Position numbers and translations under genes: made by a program | Shown here: piece after piece, positions 21,377 through 30,888 of the stretch | How the letters are laid out: each line of letters begins with the position of its first letter | Numbering within the stretch: the stretch's first letter is position 1 | From: Ahniellaceae bacterium | GTDB lineage: Bacteria; Pseudomonadota; Gammaproteobacteria; Xanthomonadales; Ahniellaceae | Assembly: GCA_044221335.1 (NCBI GenBank) | Contig: JBGAPI010000013.1 | Location: 43,256-107,255 of the forward strand | Reading direction: 5' to 3' | Length of the DNA stretch: 64,000 nt | Notes under the pieces: generated by a model | What the model saw: the letters and a program-made list of their open reading frames with translations, nothing else | Databases searched by the model: none | What the model was told of the DNA's origin: nothing

Positions 21377-21486
21377 GAGTGCCGCGTCGCTGACCAGGCA
21401 CTGCACGCCCCGGCGTGGCAAGGCCGGTGCACCGCGGCGCAGCCCTCGACGATCGCGCGGGCGACAACGGCGGAGGGCCGCAGCGC

Positions 21487-24400
21487 CTATTCCTGCCGCG
21501 GCGCCTTCCGTGCAGCGATCGCCGCCAGCAGCGCCCGCAATGCCGCCGGTTTCACCGGCTTGCGCAACAACGGATAGCCGCGGCGGCGGGCGTCCGCCGC
21601 GACCTCGTCGCTGGCGTCGGCCGTGATCAGCGCCCCGGCGGGAACCGCGCCCGCGGCGCCGGCGCGCAGTTCGTCCAGCGCGTCGAGGCCCTCCAGCCGA
21701 TCCTGCAGATGGTAGTCGGCGAGCACGGCGTCGCAGCGGGTGTGCGCGAGGATCTCGCGGGCCGCATCGATCCGGGCGGCAGTCAGCACCACGAGACCCC
21801 AGCGCGCGAGCAGCAGTCTCATGCCGTCGAGGATGGCCGGATCGTTGTCGAGGCACAGCACGGTCAGCCCGGCGATCTCCGACGGCGGCTCCGCCGCGGG
21901 AGTCGCCGCGAGCGGCTGCGCTTCGGCACGCGCAGCCTCGACGACGAAGCGCGACCCGCGACCCGGCACCGACGCGAGCCGCAGCGGGTGATCGAGCAGC
22001 CGGGCGATGCGGTCGCAGATCGACAGGCCGAGTCCCAGGCCCTTCTCGCCCCAGGGCGAGTGCAGCGCGAGGCGCTGGAACTCCTCGAAGATCCGCTGGC
22101 GATGCTCGACCTCGATGCCCGGGCCGGTGTCGAGCACTTCGATCGACACCCGCGCACCGTGGCGGCGACAGCCGAGCAGCACGCCGCCGGTCGAGGTGTA
22201 GCGCAGCGCGTTGCTGACCAGGTTCTGCAGCACCCGCCGCAGCAGGCGACGGTCGCTCGCGATCCACAGCCGCGTCGGCACCACGGCGAAGGACAGGCCG
22301 CGCTGTTCCGCGAGCGGCGCGAACTGGGCGGCCAGCGCCGCGAACAGTTCCCCGAGCGGCATCGGTGCGACCTCCGCCCGCATCGTCCCGGAGTCGAGCC
22401 GCGAGATCTCCAGCAACGCGTCGAGCAGATCCTCGGCGGCGCGCAGCGCGGTATCGACCCGCTCGGCGAGCTGCGCCGACTCGGCGTCGGCCACCGGCCG
22501 CATCCTGAGCGCCGAGGTGAACAGCCGTGCGGCATTGAGCGGCTGCAGCAGGTCGTGGCTGGCGGCCGCGACGAAGCGCGACTTCGACAGGTTGGCCGCC
22601 TCCGCCTCCTGCTTCGCCAGCCGCTGGGCGATCAACGCCTCCTCCAGTTCCCCGGTGCGCAGGGCGACCCGCTGCTCGAGCAGCTCGGTCGCCTCGCGCA
22701 GCTCCGCCTCGACCCGCTTGTAGTCGCTGACGTCGGCATAGGTCGTGACGAAGCCGCCGCCCGGCATCGGCTGGCCACGCATCTCGATCACGGTGCCATC
22801 GCTGCGGGTGCGCTGGAACAGGTAGGGTGTGCCGCGACGGAGATGCTCCAGGCGCTTGTCGACCTGCTCCTCGACTTCGCCGTCGCCCCAGAGGCCACGG
22901 CCGGCGTTGTAGCGGATCAGGTCCTCGACCCGGGCGCCGACCTGCACCATCCCGTCGGGATAGGGGAACAGCTCGAGGTAGCGACGGTTCCAGGCGACGA
23001 GGCGGAACTCCTGGTCGACCACGCTGATCCCCTGGCTGACATTCTCCATCGTCGCCTCGAGCAGCTCGCGGTTGAAGCGCAGCTCCTGGCTGGTCTCGTC
23101 GAGCAGCGCGGCGACCTCGTCGACCTCGAGGCCGGTGCCGGAGAGCGCGCCGGACAGCACCAGGCGCGCCGAGGTCGCGCCGATCGCCGCCGCCAGCGAG
23201 CGCTCGCAGGCCTGCAGCAGGCCGCGGTCGGCCGGAGCGTCGCGCCCGAGCGGCTTCGCGCGGGCGCCATTGACCTCCGCCAGCATGCGGGCCGCGGCCT
23301 CGGCGCCGAGCACGCGCTCGGCGAGGTCGACCAGATCGCCGACCCGGAGATTCGCGGCGGCGGCCGCAGCCCCGAGGTCGGCGCGGCCGCCGGTCTCGAG
23401 GCTGAGGAAGGTACGCGACAGGCGGCGCTCGTCGATGCCGGCCGGTCGCCACGCCGAGACCACCGCCAGCAGCCCGATATTGAGCGCCCAAGCCCACAGC
23501 GTGCCGTGGGTGATCGGATCGAGACCCTCGATCCCGAACAGGGCGTGCGGGCGGAGCCCGGCGATGCCGGCGGGCCCGAGCGCGAGCCAGGCGCTGGGCA
23601 GGAAGCCGGCGCCGGACAGCGTCGGCAGGAACAGCGTGTAGATCCACACCGCGAAGCCGCCGACCAGCCCGGCGGTGACGGCCGCGCGCGACACCGAGCG
23701 GAACAGGAAGCCGGCGACGATGGCCGGCATGAACTGCGCCACCGCGGAGAACGCCAGCAGGCCGACCGAGGCGAGGTTCGGAAACTCGGCGCTGAGCCGG
23801 TAGTAGGCGAACGCCGTGGCGGCGAGCGCCAGGATCGCGGCGCGGCGCACCCACAGCACGAGTGCGGACAGGTCCGCGTCCCGGCGCGACAGCAGCCCGA
23901 GGCGCGACAGCGCCGGCAGCACCAGCTCGTTCGAGACCATGGTCGCGAGCGCGACACTGGCGACGATCACCATGCCGGTCGCCGCGGAGAAGCCGCCGAG
24001 GAAGGCGAGCATCGACAGCGCCGTGCTGCCGTGCGCCTGCGGCAGCCACAGCACGAAGCTGTCGGGATGCACCGACGCCGGCGGCGCGCTGCGGACGCCG
24101 GCCAATGCGATCGGCAGTACCAGCGCGCTGAACGCCGCGAGATAGAGCGGGAAGGCCCAGCGCGCGGTAGCGACGTCGGACAGATCCTCGCACTCGACGA
24201 CCCCGACCTGGAACTGCCGCGGCAGGCAGACGATCGCGCAGAACGCGAGCAGGGTCTGGGTGGCGAAGCCGAGCGAGCCCAGCGTCGCCGGCGACAGCGG
24301 CAACTCGGCCGCCGGCAGCGCCAGCGCGCCCGGCGTGCCGAGCAGGTTCCAGGCGTAGAGTCCGACCGCGGCGAAGGCGACGAGCTTCACCAACGACTCC

Positions 24401-24987
24401 AGCGCGATCGCGAGCATCAGGCCGCGATGGTGCTCGGTGGCGTCGACCTCGCGGGTGCCGAACAGGATCGCAAACACCGCGAGCAGCGCGGCGACGTAGA
24501 ACGCGGCATCGGCGAACCACGCGCCGGCGGCGCGACCACCACCGCCGGCGAGCACGTCGATGCTCATCCCGACGGCCTTGAACTGCAGTGCCAGGTAGGG
24601 GATCGCGGCGGTGATCGCGATCAGCGTGACCAGCACGGCGAGGCGCTGGCTGCGGCCGTAGCGCGACGCGATGAAGTCCGCGATCGAGGTCGACGAACGC
24701 AGCTGCGCGACCGCGACCAGCCGCCCGAAGCGCGCGCCGAACAGCAGGAACAGCAGCGCAGGTCCGAGGTAGATCGGCAGGTAGGAGAAGCCGCCGGCGA
24801 CCGCGCTGCCGACCGCGCCGTAGAAGGTCCAGGAGGTGCAGTACACCGCGAGCGCGAGGCTGTAGACCAGCGTGCGCAGCCACGGCCGCCCGGGTAGCAC
24901 CGCGCGGCGATCGCCGAGCCAGGCGACGCCGAACAGCGCGGCGAGGTAGACCAGCGCCAGCAGCAGCAACAACCAGGCAGAAATCAT
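21487..24987 (-). CDS. Hybrid sensor kinase, CrbS/CbrA-like: sodium:solute symporter (SSF) domain, PAS, HisKA, HATPase and C-terminal receiver
   Basis: About 13 TM helices with SSF motifs in the first ~500 aa. PAS region ENVSQGISVVDQEFRLVAWNRRYLELF. H-box ASHDLLQPLNAARLF. N/G boxes. C-terminal REC (VLCLDNDPAILDGMRLLL ... DYHLQD). An alternative TTG start lies at 25014. Confidence 0.85.
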   Translation of the reverse strand: MISAWLLLLLALVYLAALFGVAWLGDRRAVLPGRPWLRTLVYSLALAVYCTSWTFYGAVGSAVAGGFSYLPIYLGPALLFLLFGARFGRLVAVAQLRSSTSIADFIASRYGRSQRLAVLVTLIAITAAIPYLALQFKAVGMSIDVLAGGGGRAAGAWFADAAFYVAALLAVFAILFGTREVDATEHHRGLMLAIALESLVKLVAFAAVGLYAWNLLGTPGALALPAAELPLSPATLGSLGFATQTLLAFCAIVCLPRQFQVGVVECEDLSDVATARWAFPLYLAAFSALVLPIALAGVRSAPPASVHPDSFVLWLPQAHGSTALSMLAFLGGFSAATGMVIVASVALATMVSNELVLPALSRLGLLSRRDADLSALVLWVRRAAILALAATAFAYYRLSAEFPNLASVGLLAFSAVAQFMPAIVAGFLFRSVSRAAVTAGLVGGFAVWIYTLFLPTLSGAGFLPSAWLALGPAGIAGLRPHALFGIEGLDPITHGTLWAWALNIGLLAVVSAWRPAGIDERRLSRTFLSLETGGRADLGAAAAAANLRVGDLVDLAERVLGAEAAARMLAEVNGARAKPLGRDAPADRGLLQACERSLAAAIGATSARLVLSGALSGTGLEVDEVAALLDETSQELRFNRELLEATMENVSQGISVVDQEFRLVAWNRRYLELFPYPDGMVQVGARVEDLIRYNAGRGLWGDGEVEEQVDKRLEHLRRGTPYLFQRTRSDGTVIEMRGQPMPGGGFVTTYADVSDYKRVEAELREATELLEQRVALRTGELEEALIAQRLAKQEAEAANLSKSRFVAAASHDLLQPLNAARLFTSALRMRPVADAESAQLAERVDTALRAAEDLLDALLEISRLDSGTMRAEVAPMPLGELFAALAAQFAPLAEQRGLSFAVVPTRLWIASDRRLLRRVLQNLVSNALRYTSTGGVLLGCRRHGARVSIEVLDTGPGIEVEHRQRIFEEFQRLALHSPWGEKGLGLGLSICDRIARLLDHPLRLASVPGRGSRFVVEAARAEAQPLAATPAAEPPSEIAGLTVLCLDNDPAILDGMRLLLARWGLVVLTAARIDAAREILAHTRCDAVLADYHLQDRLEGLDALDELRAGAAGAVPAGALITADASDEVAADARRRGYPLLRKPVKPAALRALLAAIAARKAPRQE

Positions 24988-25162
24988 CGACCGAATTCCC
25001 CGCCGACCCTGCAACCCGGGCGAGGGTCCAAAATTGCGGGCGGATGCGCAAGCAGCCGCCTGTTCGACGAACGGCTAATTGCCTCCGCTGCGACGAGGCC
25101 CCAGCATCCCGACCGGTGAATCCGCGCCCGCCGTCCGGCCGCGTGCGGCGATTCCGGGGAGG

Positions 25163-25495
25163 ATGACGATGAGCGACAAGGCGATGGACTGGGCCGCGAT
25201 CGATCGCGACCCGCGCTTCGTGGAACTGCATCGGCGCAAGTCGCGGTTCCTGTGGAGCCTGATGGCGATCTCGGTGGTCTACTACTTCGCGCTGCCGATC
25301 GGCGCCGCGTACTTCCAGGAACTGTTCCGGATCAAGGTCTGGGGGCCGATCAACGTCGGCCTGGTGTTCGCGCTGTCCGAGTTCATCGTCGCCTGGGGCA
25401 TCGCGTGGATCTACGCGCGCCGCGCGAACAGCGAATTCGACGCGCTGGCGTCCGAGATCATCGCCAAGGCCGCGTCGATGGGAGAGTCCACATGA
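25163..25495 (+). CDS. DUF485 (YjcH-like) inner-membrane protein
   Basis: MTMSDKAMDWAAIDRDPRFVELHRRKSRFLW... with two TM helices. Overlaps the actP start (ATGA). Canonical yjcH-actP arrangement. Confidence 0.85.
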   Translation: MTMSDKAMDWAAIDRDPRFVELHRRKSRFLWSLMAISVVYYFALPIGAAYFQELFRIKVWGPINVGLVFALSEFIVAWGIAWIYARRANSEFDALASEIIAKAASMGEST

Positions 25496-27390
25496 GCCGC
25501 CTCCAGCTCCGCGCCTTCGCCGCCGCCGTCGCGCTGCTGCCGCTGTCCGCCTGGGCCGACGGCGCGGTCAAGGCCGAGTACAAGGGCCTCACCTTCGGCG
25601 TGTTCGGCCTGATCATCGCGCTGACGATGTTCGTCACCTACCTTGCCGCGCGGCGGGTGAAGAGCGCCTCGCAATTCTATGCCGCCGGCCGCTCGGTCAG
25701 CGGCATCCAGAACGGCTGGGCGATCGCCGGCGACTACCTTTCCGCCGCGTCCTTCCTCGGCATCGCCGGCCTGATCTCGCTGTACGGCTACGACGGCTTC
25801 ATGTACTCGGTCGGCTGGCTGGTCGCCTACATCACGGTGCTGCTGGTGATCGCGGAGCCCTGCCGCAACATCGGCAAGTACACGCTGGGCGACGTGCTCG
25901 CGTTCCGCAACGACCCGAAGAAGGCGAAGACGGTCGCGGCGGTGTCGACGATCACCGTGTCGACCTTCTACCTGACCGCGCAGATGGTCGGCGGCGGCGT
26001 CCTGGTGAAGACCCTGATCGGCATCGACTACGAGGTCTCGGTGATCACCGTCGGGGTGCTGATGCTGGCCTACGTGGTGTTCGGCGGCATGGTCGCGACC
26101 ACCTGGGTGCAGATCATCAAGGCGGTGCTGCTGGTGACCGCGTCGGTGATCCTGGTGTTCTTCACCTGGGCACCCTACGGCTTCTCGCTGCCGGGATTCC
26201 TGAACGCCGTGGTGGCCGATCCGAAGGTCGTCGCGCAGGTGACGAAGCTGGTCGGCGACCCCGCGGCGCAGATGAGCGCCGCCGACCTCGGCCAGCGCTT
26301 CCTCGAGCCCGGCCTGTACCTGAAGAACCCGATCGACCAGATCTCGCTCGGCATGGCCCTGGTGCTCGGCACCGCCGGAATGCCGCACATCCTGATGCGC
26401 TTCTTCACCGTGCCGACCGCGCAGGACGCGCGCAAGTCGGTGATCTGGGCGATGGGCATCATCGGCGGCTTCTACGTGCTGACCCTGTTCCTCGGCATGG
26501 GCGCGGCGATCAACGTCGGCGCGGCGAAGATCAGCGCGATCGACGCCGGCGGCAACATGGCCGGCCCCCTGCTGGCGCAGTTCGTGGGCGGCGGCGAGGA
26601 TTCCTGGGTCGGCAATCTCTTCCTCGCCTTCGTGGCCGCGGTCGCGTTCGCCACCATCGTCGCGGTGGTCGCCGGCCTAGTGCTGGCCTCGGCCTCGGCG
26701 ATGAGCCATGACATCTGGGTCGGCGTGGTGAAGGGCGAGCACGCGACACAGGAGGAGGAGGTGCGGGCGGCGCGGATCAGCTCGGTGATCGTCGGCCTGC
26801 TCGCGATCGTGATCGGCATCCTGGCCAAGGGCCAGAACGTGGCGCACCTGGTGGCACTCGCCTTCGCGGTCGCGGCCTCGTCGAACCTGCCGGCGGTGCT
26901 GCTGACGCTGTACTGGAAGCGCTGCAACACCGGCGGCGTGGTGCTCGGCATGCTGGTCGGCGCCTTCGCCGCGATCGCGCTCGTCATGGTGTCGCCGAAC
27001 ATGACCTACCCGAAGGCGGTGAAGGAGGCCGCGCAGAAGATCGTGGACGCCGCGCCGGCGAAGATCGATGCCGCCACCGCCGCCGTCGCCGCCGCGGTCG
27101 ACGATGCGGCCAAGGCCGCGGCGCAGAAGGCACTCGACAAGCTCAACGCCGATCTCAAGGGCGCGCAGGGCAAGCTGGAGCAGTTCCGCGACACCAACAC
27201 CAGCATCGTCGGCCTCGAGGCCCCGCTGATCACGCTGAAGAATCCCGGCATCTTCTCGATCCCGCTCGGCTTCCTCTGCGTGTTCCTGGGTTCGATCTTC
27301 TACCGCGACAAGCGCTCGGAGGAGATGTGGGACGAGCTCTACGTCCGGCAGAACACCGGCATCCACGCCGAGGCCGCGAGCGCTCACTGA
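25492..27390 (+). CDS. actP: Cation/acetate symporter ActP (SSF family)
   Basis: SSF motifs (YAAGRSVSGIQNGWAIAGDYLSAASFLGIAGL ...). Sits downstream of DUF485 and beside the acs/crb genes. Confidence 0.85.
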   Translation: MSRLQLRAFAAAVALLPLSAWADGAVKAEYKGLTFGVFGLIIALTMFVTYLAARRVKSASQFYAAGRSVSGIQNGWAIAGDYLSAASFLGIAGLISLYGYDGFMYSVGWLVAYITVLLVIAEPCRNIGKYTLGDVLAFRNDPKKAKTVAAVSTITVSTFYLTAQMVGGGVLVKTLIGIDYEVSVITVGVLMLAYVVFGGMVATTWVQIIKAVLLVTASVILVFFTWAPYGFSLPGFLNAVVADPKVVAQVTKLVGDPAAQMSAADLGQRFLEPGLYLKNPIDQISLGMALVLGTAGMPHILMRFFTVPTAQDARKSVIWAMGIIGGFYVLTLFLGMGAAINVGAAKISAIDAGGNMAGPLLAQFVGGGEDSWVGNLFLAFVAAVAFATIVAVVAGLVLASASAMSHDIWVGVVKGEHATQEEEVRAARISSVIVGLLAIVIGILAKGQNVAHLVALAFAVAASSNLPAVLLTLYWKRCNTGGVVLGMLVGAFAAIALVMVSPNMTYPKAVKEAAQKIVDAAPAKIDAATAAVAAAVDDAAKAAAQKALDKLNADLKGAQGKLEQFRDTNTSIVGLEAPLITLKNPGIFSIPLGFLCVFLGSIFYRDKRSEEMWDELYVRQNTGIHAEAASAH

Positions 27391-27417
27391 TCGGAGGGCG
27401 CGGTGCGCGCCATCGCG

Positions 27418-27462
27418 AGGCGTCGGAACCATGGCGGGCCATGCCCGCCCTACAGGCTCCCG
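27418..27462. repeat. REP3 unit
   Basis: ccatggcgggccatgcccgccctacaggc. Confidence 0.7.
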
Positions 27463-27490
27463 ATCGGCATGGCTCCGCCGATCTCTTCAC

Positions 27491-27520
27491 CCCGGCCTCG
27501 CGCCGGGGTTTTCTTTGTCA
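27491..27520 (+). terminator. Rho-independent terminator after actP
   Basis: accccggcctcgcgccggggttttctttgtc. GC hairpin followed by a T-run. Confidence 0.7.
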
Positions 27521-27594
27521 GACCGATCCCGAAGAGCGGCGCGCGGGCCGCTCGCGGCGGGCCCCGGGGAGCGGCGGATCCGGTCCGCCCTCCG

Positions 27595-28746
27595 TCAGCC
27601 GCGCAGGCCGCGGATCAGCGCGTCCGCGATGCGCGCCGGGTCGGCGCCGATCAACGTCTCGTTGACCTTGAGGCCGAAGGCATCGCCGCCGGCCGCGGGC
27701 AGGTCGACGCCGTGCGCGGCGACCCGCGCCCGGTACGTCGACACCTCCACGCCGGTCGGCGTCAGGAAGAACAGGCTTGTGCCGTTCGGAACCCGACGCA
27801 CCGCGAGTCGCGGCTCGTCGGCGAGGCGCCGGATCACCTCCTCGCCGACCGCGATCGCCGCGCGCAGTCGTCGTTCCACGCCGGGCAGATGATGGTGCGC
27901 CACCGCCGCGTAGACCCAGCCACCCCAGAGGTTGCCGCCGAACATCCGGCGCGGGTGGTAGAGATCCTTCAGCAGCGCCGCGGGTCCGGCGAGGATCGCG
28001 CCACCGGCCGCGTGGAAGCACTTCCACAGTGACACGTAGACCGTGTCGAACAGCGCGGCGTAGTCGCGCACGTCGCGGCCGGCGTAGGCGGCGGCGACGT
28101 GCAGGCGGGCACCGTCGAGGTGCAGGGCGATGCCGCGGCTCCGGGCTTCGCCGCAGAGCGTCTTCATCGTGTCGAAGTCGACCGCCGCGAGACTGGCGCG
28201 GCGCACGGGCGTCTCGATCGAGATCGCGCCGATCTCGGTGCGCACGCGGCCGCCGGCGGCGCGCTCCAGCTGTGCCGCGACCTCGTTCCAGTCGAACTCG
28301 GACTTCCCCGCGCCCAGCGGCACCAGGTTCAGCTGCGACAGCTGCTCGGCGCCGTCGCCGGTGTCGCAGTAGAGATGACTCTGGTCCTGCACCAGCACCC
28401 GGCGTTTCGGACCGGCCAGCGTGCGCACCGCGAGGTGGTTGGCGAGCGTGCCGCTCGGCAGGAACACCGCCGCCTCCTTGCCGAGCGCCGCGGCGAAGTC
28501 GCGTTCCAGCGCTTCGACCGCACCCCCGCGGCAGTACTCGTCGGCCGTGAATCCCTGCTCCGCGACGAGACGCGACAGCAGCGCACTGTAGTCGCTCGGC
28601 GTGTACGAAATGCCGTCGTGGCCGAAGTCGACGCGGGCCACGCGCTCGCCCCTGCTCGGCTTCGCCGACGCGGGCGGGGAGGCCAGCGTGGCGCCGAGAC
28701 TGCCGGAGGCGCCGAGTGCGAGAAACGTGCGGCGCGTCGTCTGCAT
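27595..28746 (-). CDS. Low-specificity threonine aldolase / beta-eliminating lyase family PLP enzyme with Tat signal
   Basis: N-terminus [28 protein letters not shown] (RRxFL Tat motif). Body matches the threonine aldolase fold ([10 protein letters not shown] ... [14 protein letters not shown]). Confidence 0.7.
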   Translation of the reverse strand: MQTTRRTFLALGASGSLGATLASPPASAKPSRGERVARVDFGHDGISYTPSDYSALLSRLVAEQGFTADEYCRGGAVEALERDFAAALGKEAAVFLPSGTLANHLAVRTLAGPKRRVLVQDQSHLYCDTGDGAEQLSQLNLVPLGAGKSEFDWNEVAAQLERAAGGRVRTEIGAISIETPVRRASLAAVDFDTMKTLCGEARSRGIALHLDGARLHVAAAYAGRDVRDYAALFDTVYVSLWKCFHAAGGAILAGPAALLKDLYHPRRMFGGNLWGGWVYAAVAHHHLPGVERRLRAAIAVGEEVIRRLADEPRLAVRRVPNGTSLFFLTPTGVEVSTYRARVAAHGVDLPAAGGDAFGLKVNETLIGADPARIADALIRGLRG

Positions 28747-28941
28747 GGGGTCTCCTCGTTGGCTGGGAAAGAGGATTCGGAGACTGCGCCGGGCGGCACG
28801 AAACGACAACGGCCATCCCTTGCATGCCCTCGATGCGCCATCATCTTCATCGCCCCAGGGGAGCGACGGAAGTCGCGGCCTCCAGGCCGCCAACGGCCGC
28901 GGCTTCCGCCGCTCCCACGATGTATCCGGAGGAAATTCGCC

Positions 28942-29931
28942 ATGCAGACCCGCCGCCTCGGCCGCACCGGCCCCACCGTTTCCGCCCTCGGCCTGGGCTG
29001 CATGGGGATGAGCGAGTTCTATTCGGGACGCGACGATGCCGAGTCGCTGGCGACGATCGCCCACGCGCTCGAGCGCGGCATCACCTTGTTCGACACCGCC
29101 GACATGTACGGCCCCTACATCAACGAGGAACTGGTCGGGCGTGCGCTCGCGGGACGGCACGACGTCACCCTCGCGACCAAGTTCGGTTTCGTGCGCGATG
29201 CGGCCGATCCGACCCGGCGGGTGATCTGCGGCCGCCCCGACTATGTCCGCCAGGCCTGCGACGCCAGCCTCGCAAGGCTCGGGGTCGAGCGCATCGGCCT
29301 GTACTACCTGCACCGCTGGGACAAGACCGTGCCGATCGAGGAGACCGTCGGCGCGATGGCGGATCTCGTCCGTGCCGGCAAGGTCGCGCACCTCGGCCTC
29401 TCGGAGGTCGGCGCGGCAACGTTGCGCCGCGCCGCCGCCGTGCATCCGATCGCGGCGCTGCAGAGCGAGTACTCGCTGTGGTCCCGCGACGTCGAGCGCA
29501 ACGGCGTGCTCGCCGCATGCCGCGAGCTCGGCATCGGCTTCGTGCCCTATTCGCCGCTGGGGCGCGGTTTCCTCACCGGCGCGATCGCGAAGCCCGCGGA
29601 CCTCGCGGCCGACGACTACCGGCTCACCAATCCGCGCTTCCAGGGCGACAACTTCGACCGCAACGTCGCGCTCGCCGGCGAGGTCCGCTCGCTCGCGACG
29701 GCCAGGGGCATCACGCCCGCGCAGCTGGCGCTCGCCTGGGTGCTGGCACAGGGCGAGGACATCGTGCCGATTCCGGGCACCAAGCGGCGGCGCTATCTCG
29801 ACGACAACCTCGGCGCGGTCGGCGTGAGCTTCTCCGCCGACGAGCTCGCCCGACTCGATGCGCGATTCGCGCCGGGCACGGCGGCGGGTGAGCGCTACCC
29901 CGAGCGGATGATGCAGCTGGTGGACCGCTAG
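28942..29931 (+). CDS. Aldo/keto reductase (Tas/YajO-like)
   Basis: [24 protein letters not shown] ... LFDTADMYG ... [16 protein letters not shown]. Classic AKR motifs. Confidence 0.9.
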   Translation: MQTRRLGRTGPTVSALGLGCMGMSEFYSGRDDAESLATIAHALERGITLFDTADMYGPYINEELVGRALAGRHDVTLATKFGFVRDAADPTRRVICGRPDYVRQACDASLARLGVERIGLYYLHRWDKTVPIEETVGAMADLVRAGKVAHLGLSEVGAATLRRAAAVHPIAALQSEYSLWSRDVERNGVLAACRELGIGFVPYSPLGRGFLTGAIAKPADLAADDYRLTNPRFQGDNFDRNVALAGEVRSLATARGITPAQLALAWVLAQGEDIVPIPGTKRRRYLDDNLGAVGVSFSADELARLDARFAPGTAAGERYPERMMQLVDR

Positions 29932-29979
29932 GGGGTGCCTCGGCGCACCGGCCGCACGACCAACGGTCGTCCGAAACGA

Positions 29980-30083
29980 CCCGTCATTGCAAGCGCAGCG
30001 AAGCAATCCAGCGCCTTCGCTCTGGATCTGGCGCGATGAAGAGCAAAGGCGCTGGATTGCTTCGCTGCGCTCGCAATGACGGG
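29980..30083. repeat. REP1 element
   Basis: cccgtcattgcaagcgcagcgaagcaatccagcgcc ... ggcgctggattgcttcgctgcgctcgcaatgacggg. Confidence 0.85.
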
Positions 30084-30132
30084 ATCTTGCCGACGGGATC
30101 TTGCCGACGGGATCTTTGCGACGGGATTTTTC
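30077..30132. repeat. Short tandem repeat, 4 x 14 bp (gacgggatcttgcc)
   Basis: gacgggatcttgcc gacgggatcttgcc gacgggatctttgc gacgggattttt. Begins inside the REP1 arm. Confidence 0.8.
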
Positions 30133-30281
30133 TGGGTCCTGGGCCCCGTACGCCGAATCGAGCCTCACCGATGGTGCGTTCAACCGGCACGCAACGGTCA
30201 GCCCTCAGCCCATACCCGGAGCCCGGCCCGCGGAAGCTTGCGTTCACGCGCCTTGCGCCGACCGGTTCGCCGAGGCGCACC

Positions 30282-30878
30282 CTACGACAGCAACAGCCAG
30301 CACAGTCCGGTCGCCACCGCGTCGCCCAGGGCGTCGTGGCGGCCGACGACCGGCACGCCGAGGTCCGCGGCGATCGCGTCGAACGACAGTCCCGGAGGCT
30401 CCCGCTCCGGATGGCGCCCGCGCCAGACCCGCTCGTAGGCGTGGCCAAGGTCGATGCGGCGGTTCGGCAGGCGGAAGCCGAACTCGCGGCCGAGGTCGCG
30501 ATCGAGCACGGCGAGGTCGAAGTCGACGCAGTAGCCGAGCAGCGGGCGGTTGCCGACGAACACGAGCCACTGTTCCAGCGCCTCGGCGAGCGGCACGCCG
30601 GCGGCGAGGTCGTCCGCGCGGAGCCGGTGGTGTCGCATCGAGTCGAGCTCGATCCGCTGCGTGCCGCGCACGGTGAGCGCCAGCGCCGACGACACCCGCA
30701 CGCGACGGCCCTGCACCGGCACCGCCGCGATGCTGAGGATCTCCGCGCCGGCCGGGTCGAGGCCGGTGGTCTCGAGGTCGAGCGCGATCACGTCGTCGCC
30801 GCGGTAGGTCTCGAACAGCGCCCGCCAGCGCGGATCGGCGAGCCGGCGACGCTGCCACCAGCGCGCGATCGGGTTCAT
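30282..30878 (-). CDS. DEDDh 3'-5' exonuclease domain protein (DnaQ/PolIII epsilon-like)
   Basis: Exo I motif IALDLETTGLDP, Exo II LLGYCVDFDLAVL, Exo III HDALGDAVATG. 198 aa. Confidence 0.85.
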   Translation of the reverse strand: MNPIARWWQRRRLADPRWRALFETYRGDDVIALDLETTGLDPAGAEILSIAAVPVQGRRVRVSSALALTVRGTQRIELDSMRHHRLRADDLAAGVPLAEALEQWLVFVGNRPLLGYCVDFDLAVLDRDLGREFGFRLPNRRIDLGHAYERVWRGRHPEREPPGLSFDAIAADLGVPVVGRHDALGDAVATGLCWLLLS

Positions 30879-30888
30879 CCCGGCGCGC

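Noticed and set aside
21326-25231. 1301-aa minus-strand ORF and 1160-aa plus-strand ORF (21415-24897) overlapping the CrbS-like kinase
   Set aside because: Alternative frames of the real 21487-24987 gene. Only that frame contains SSF, PAS, HisKA, HATPase and REC motifs.
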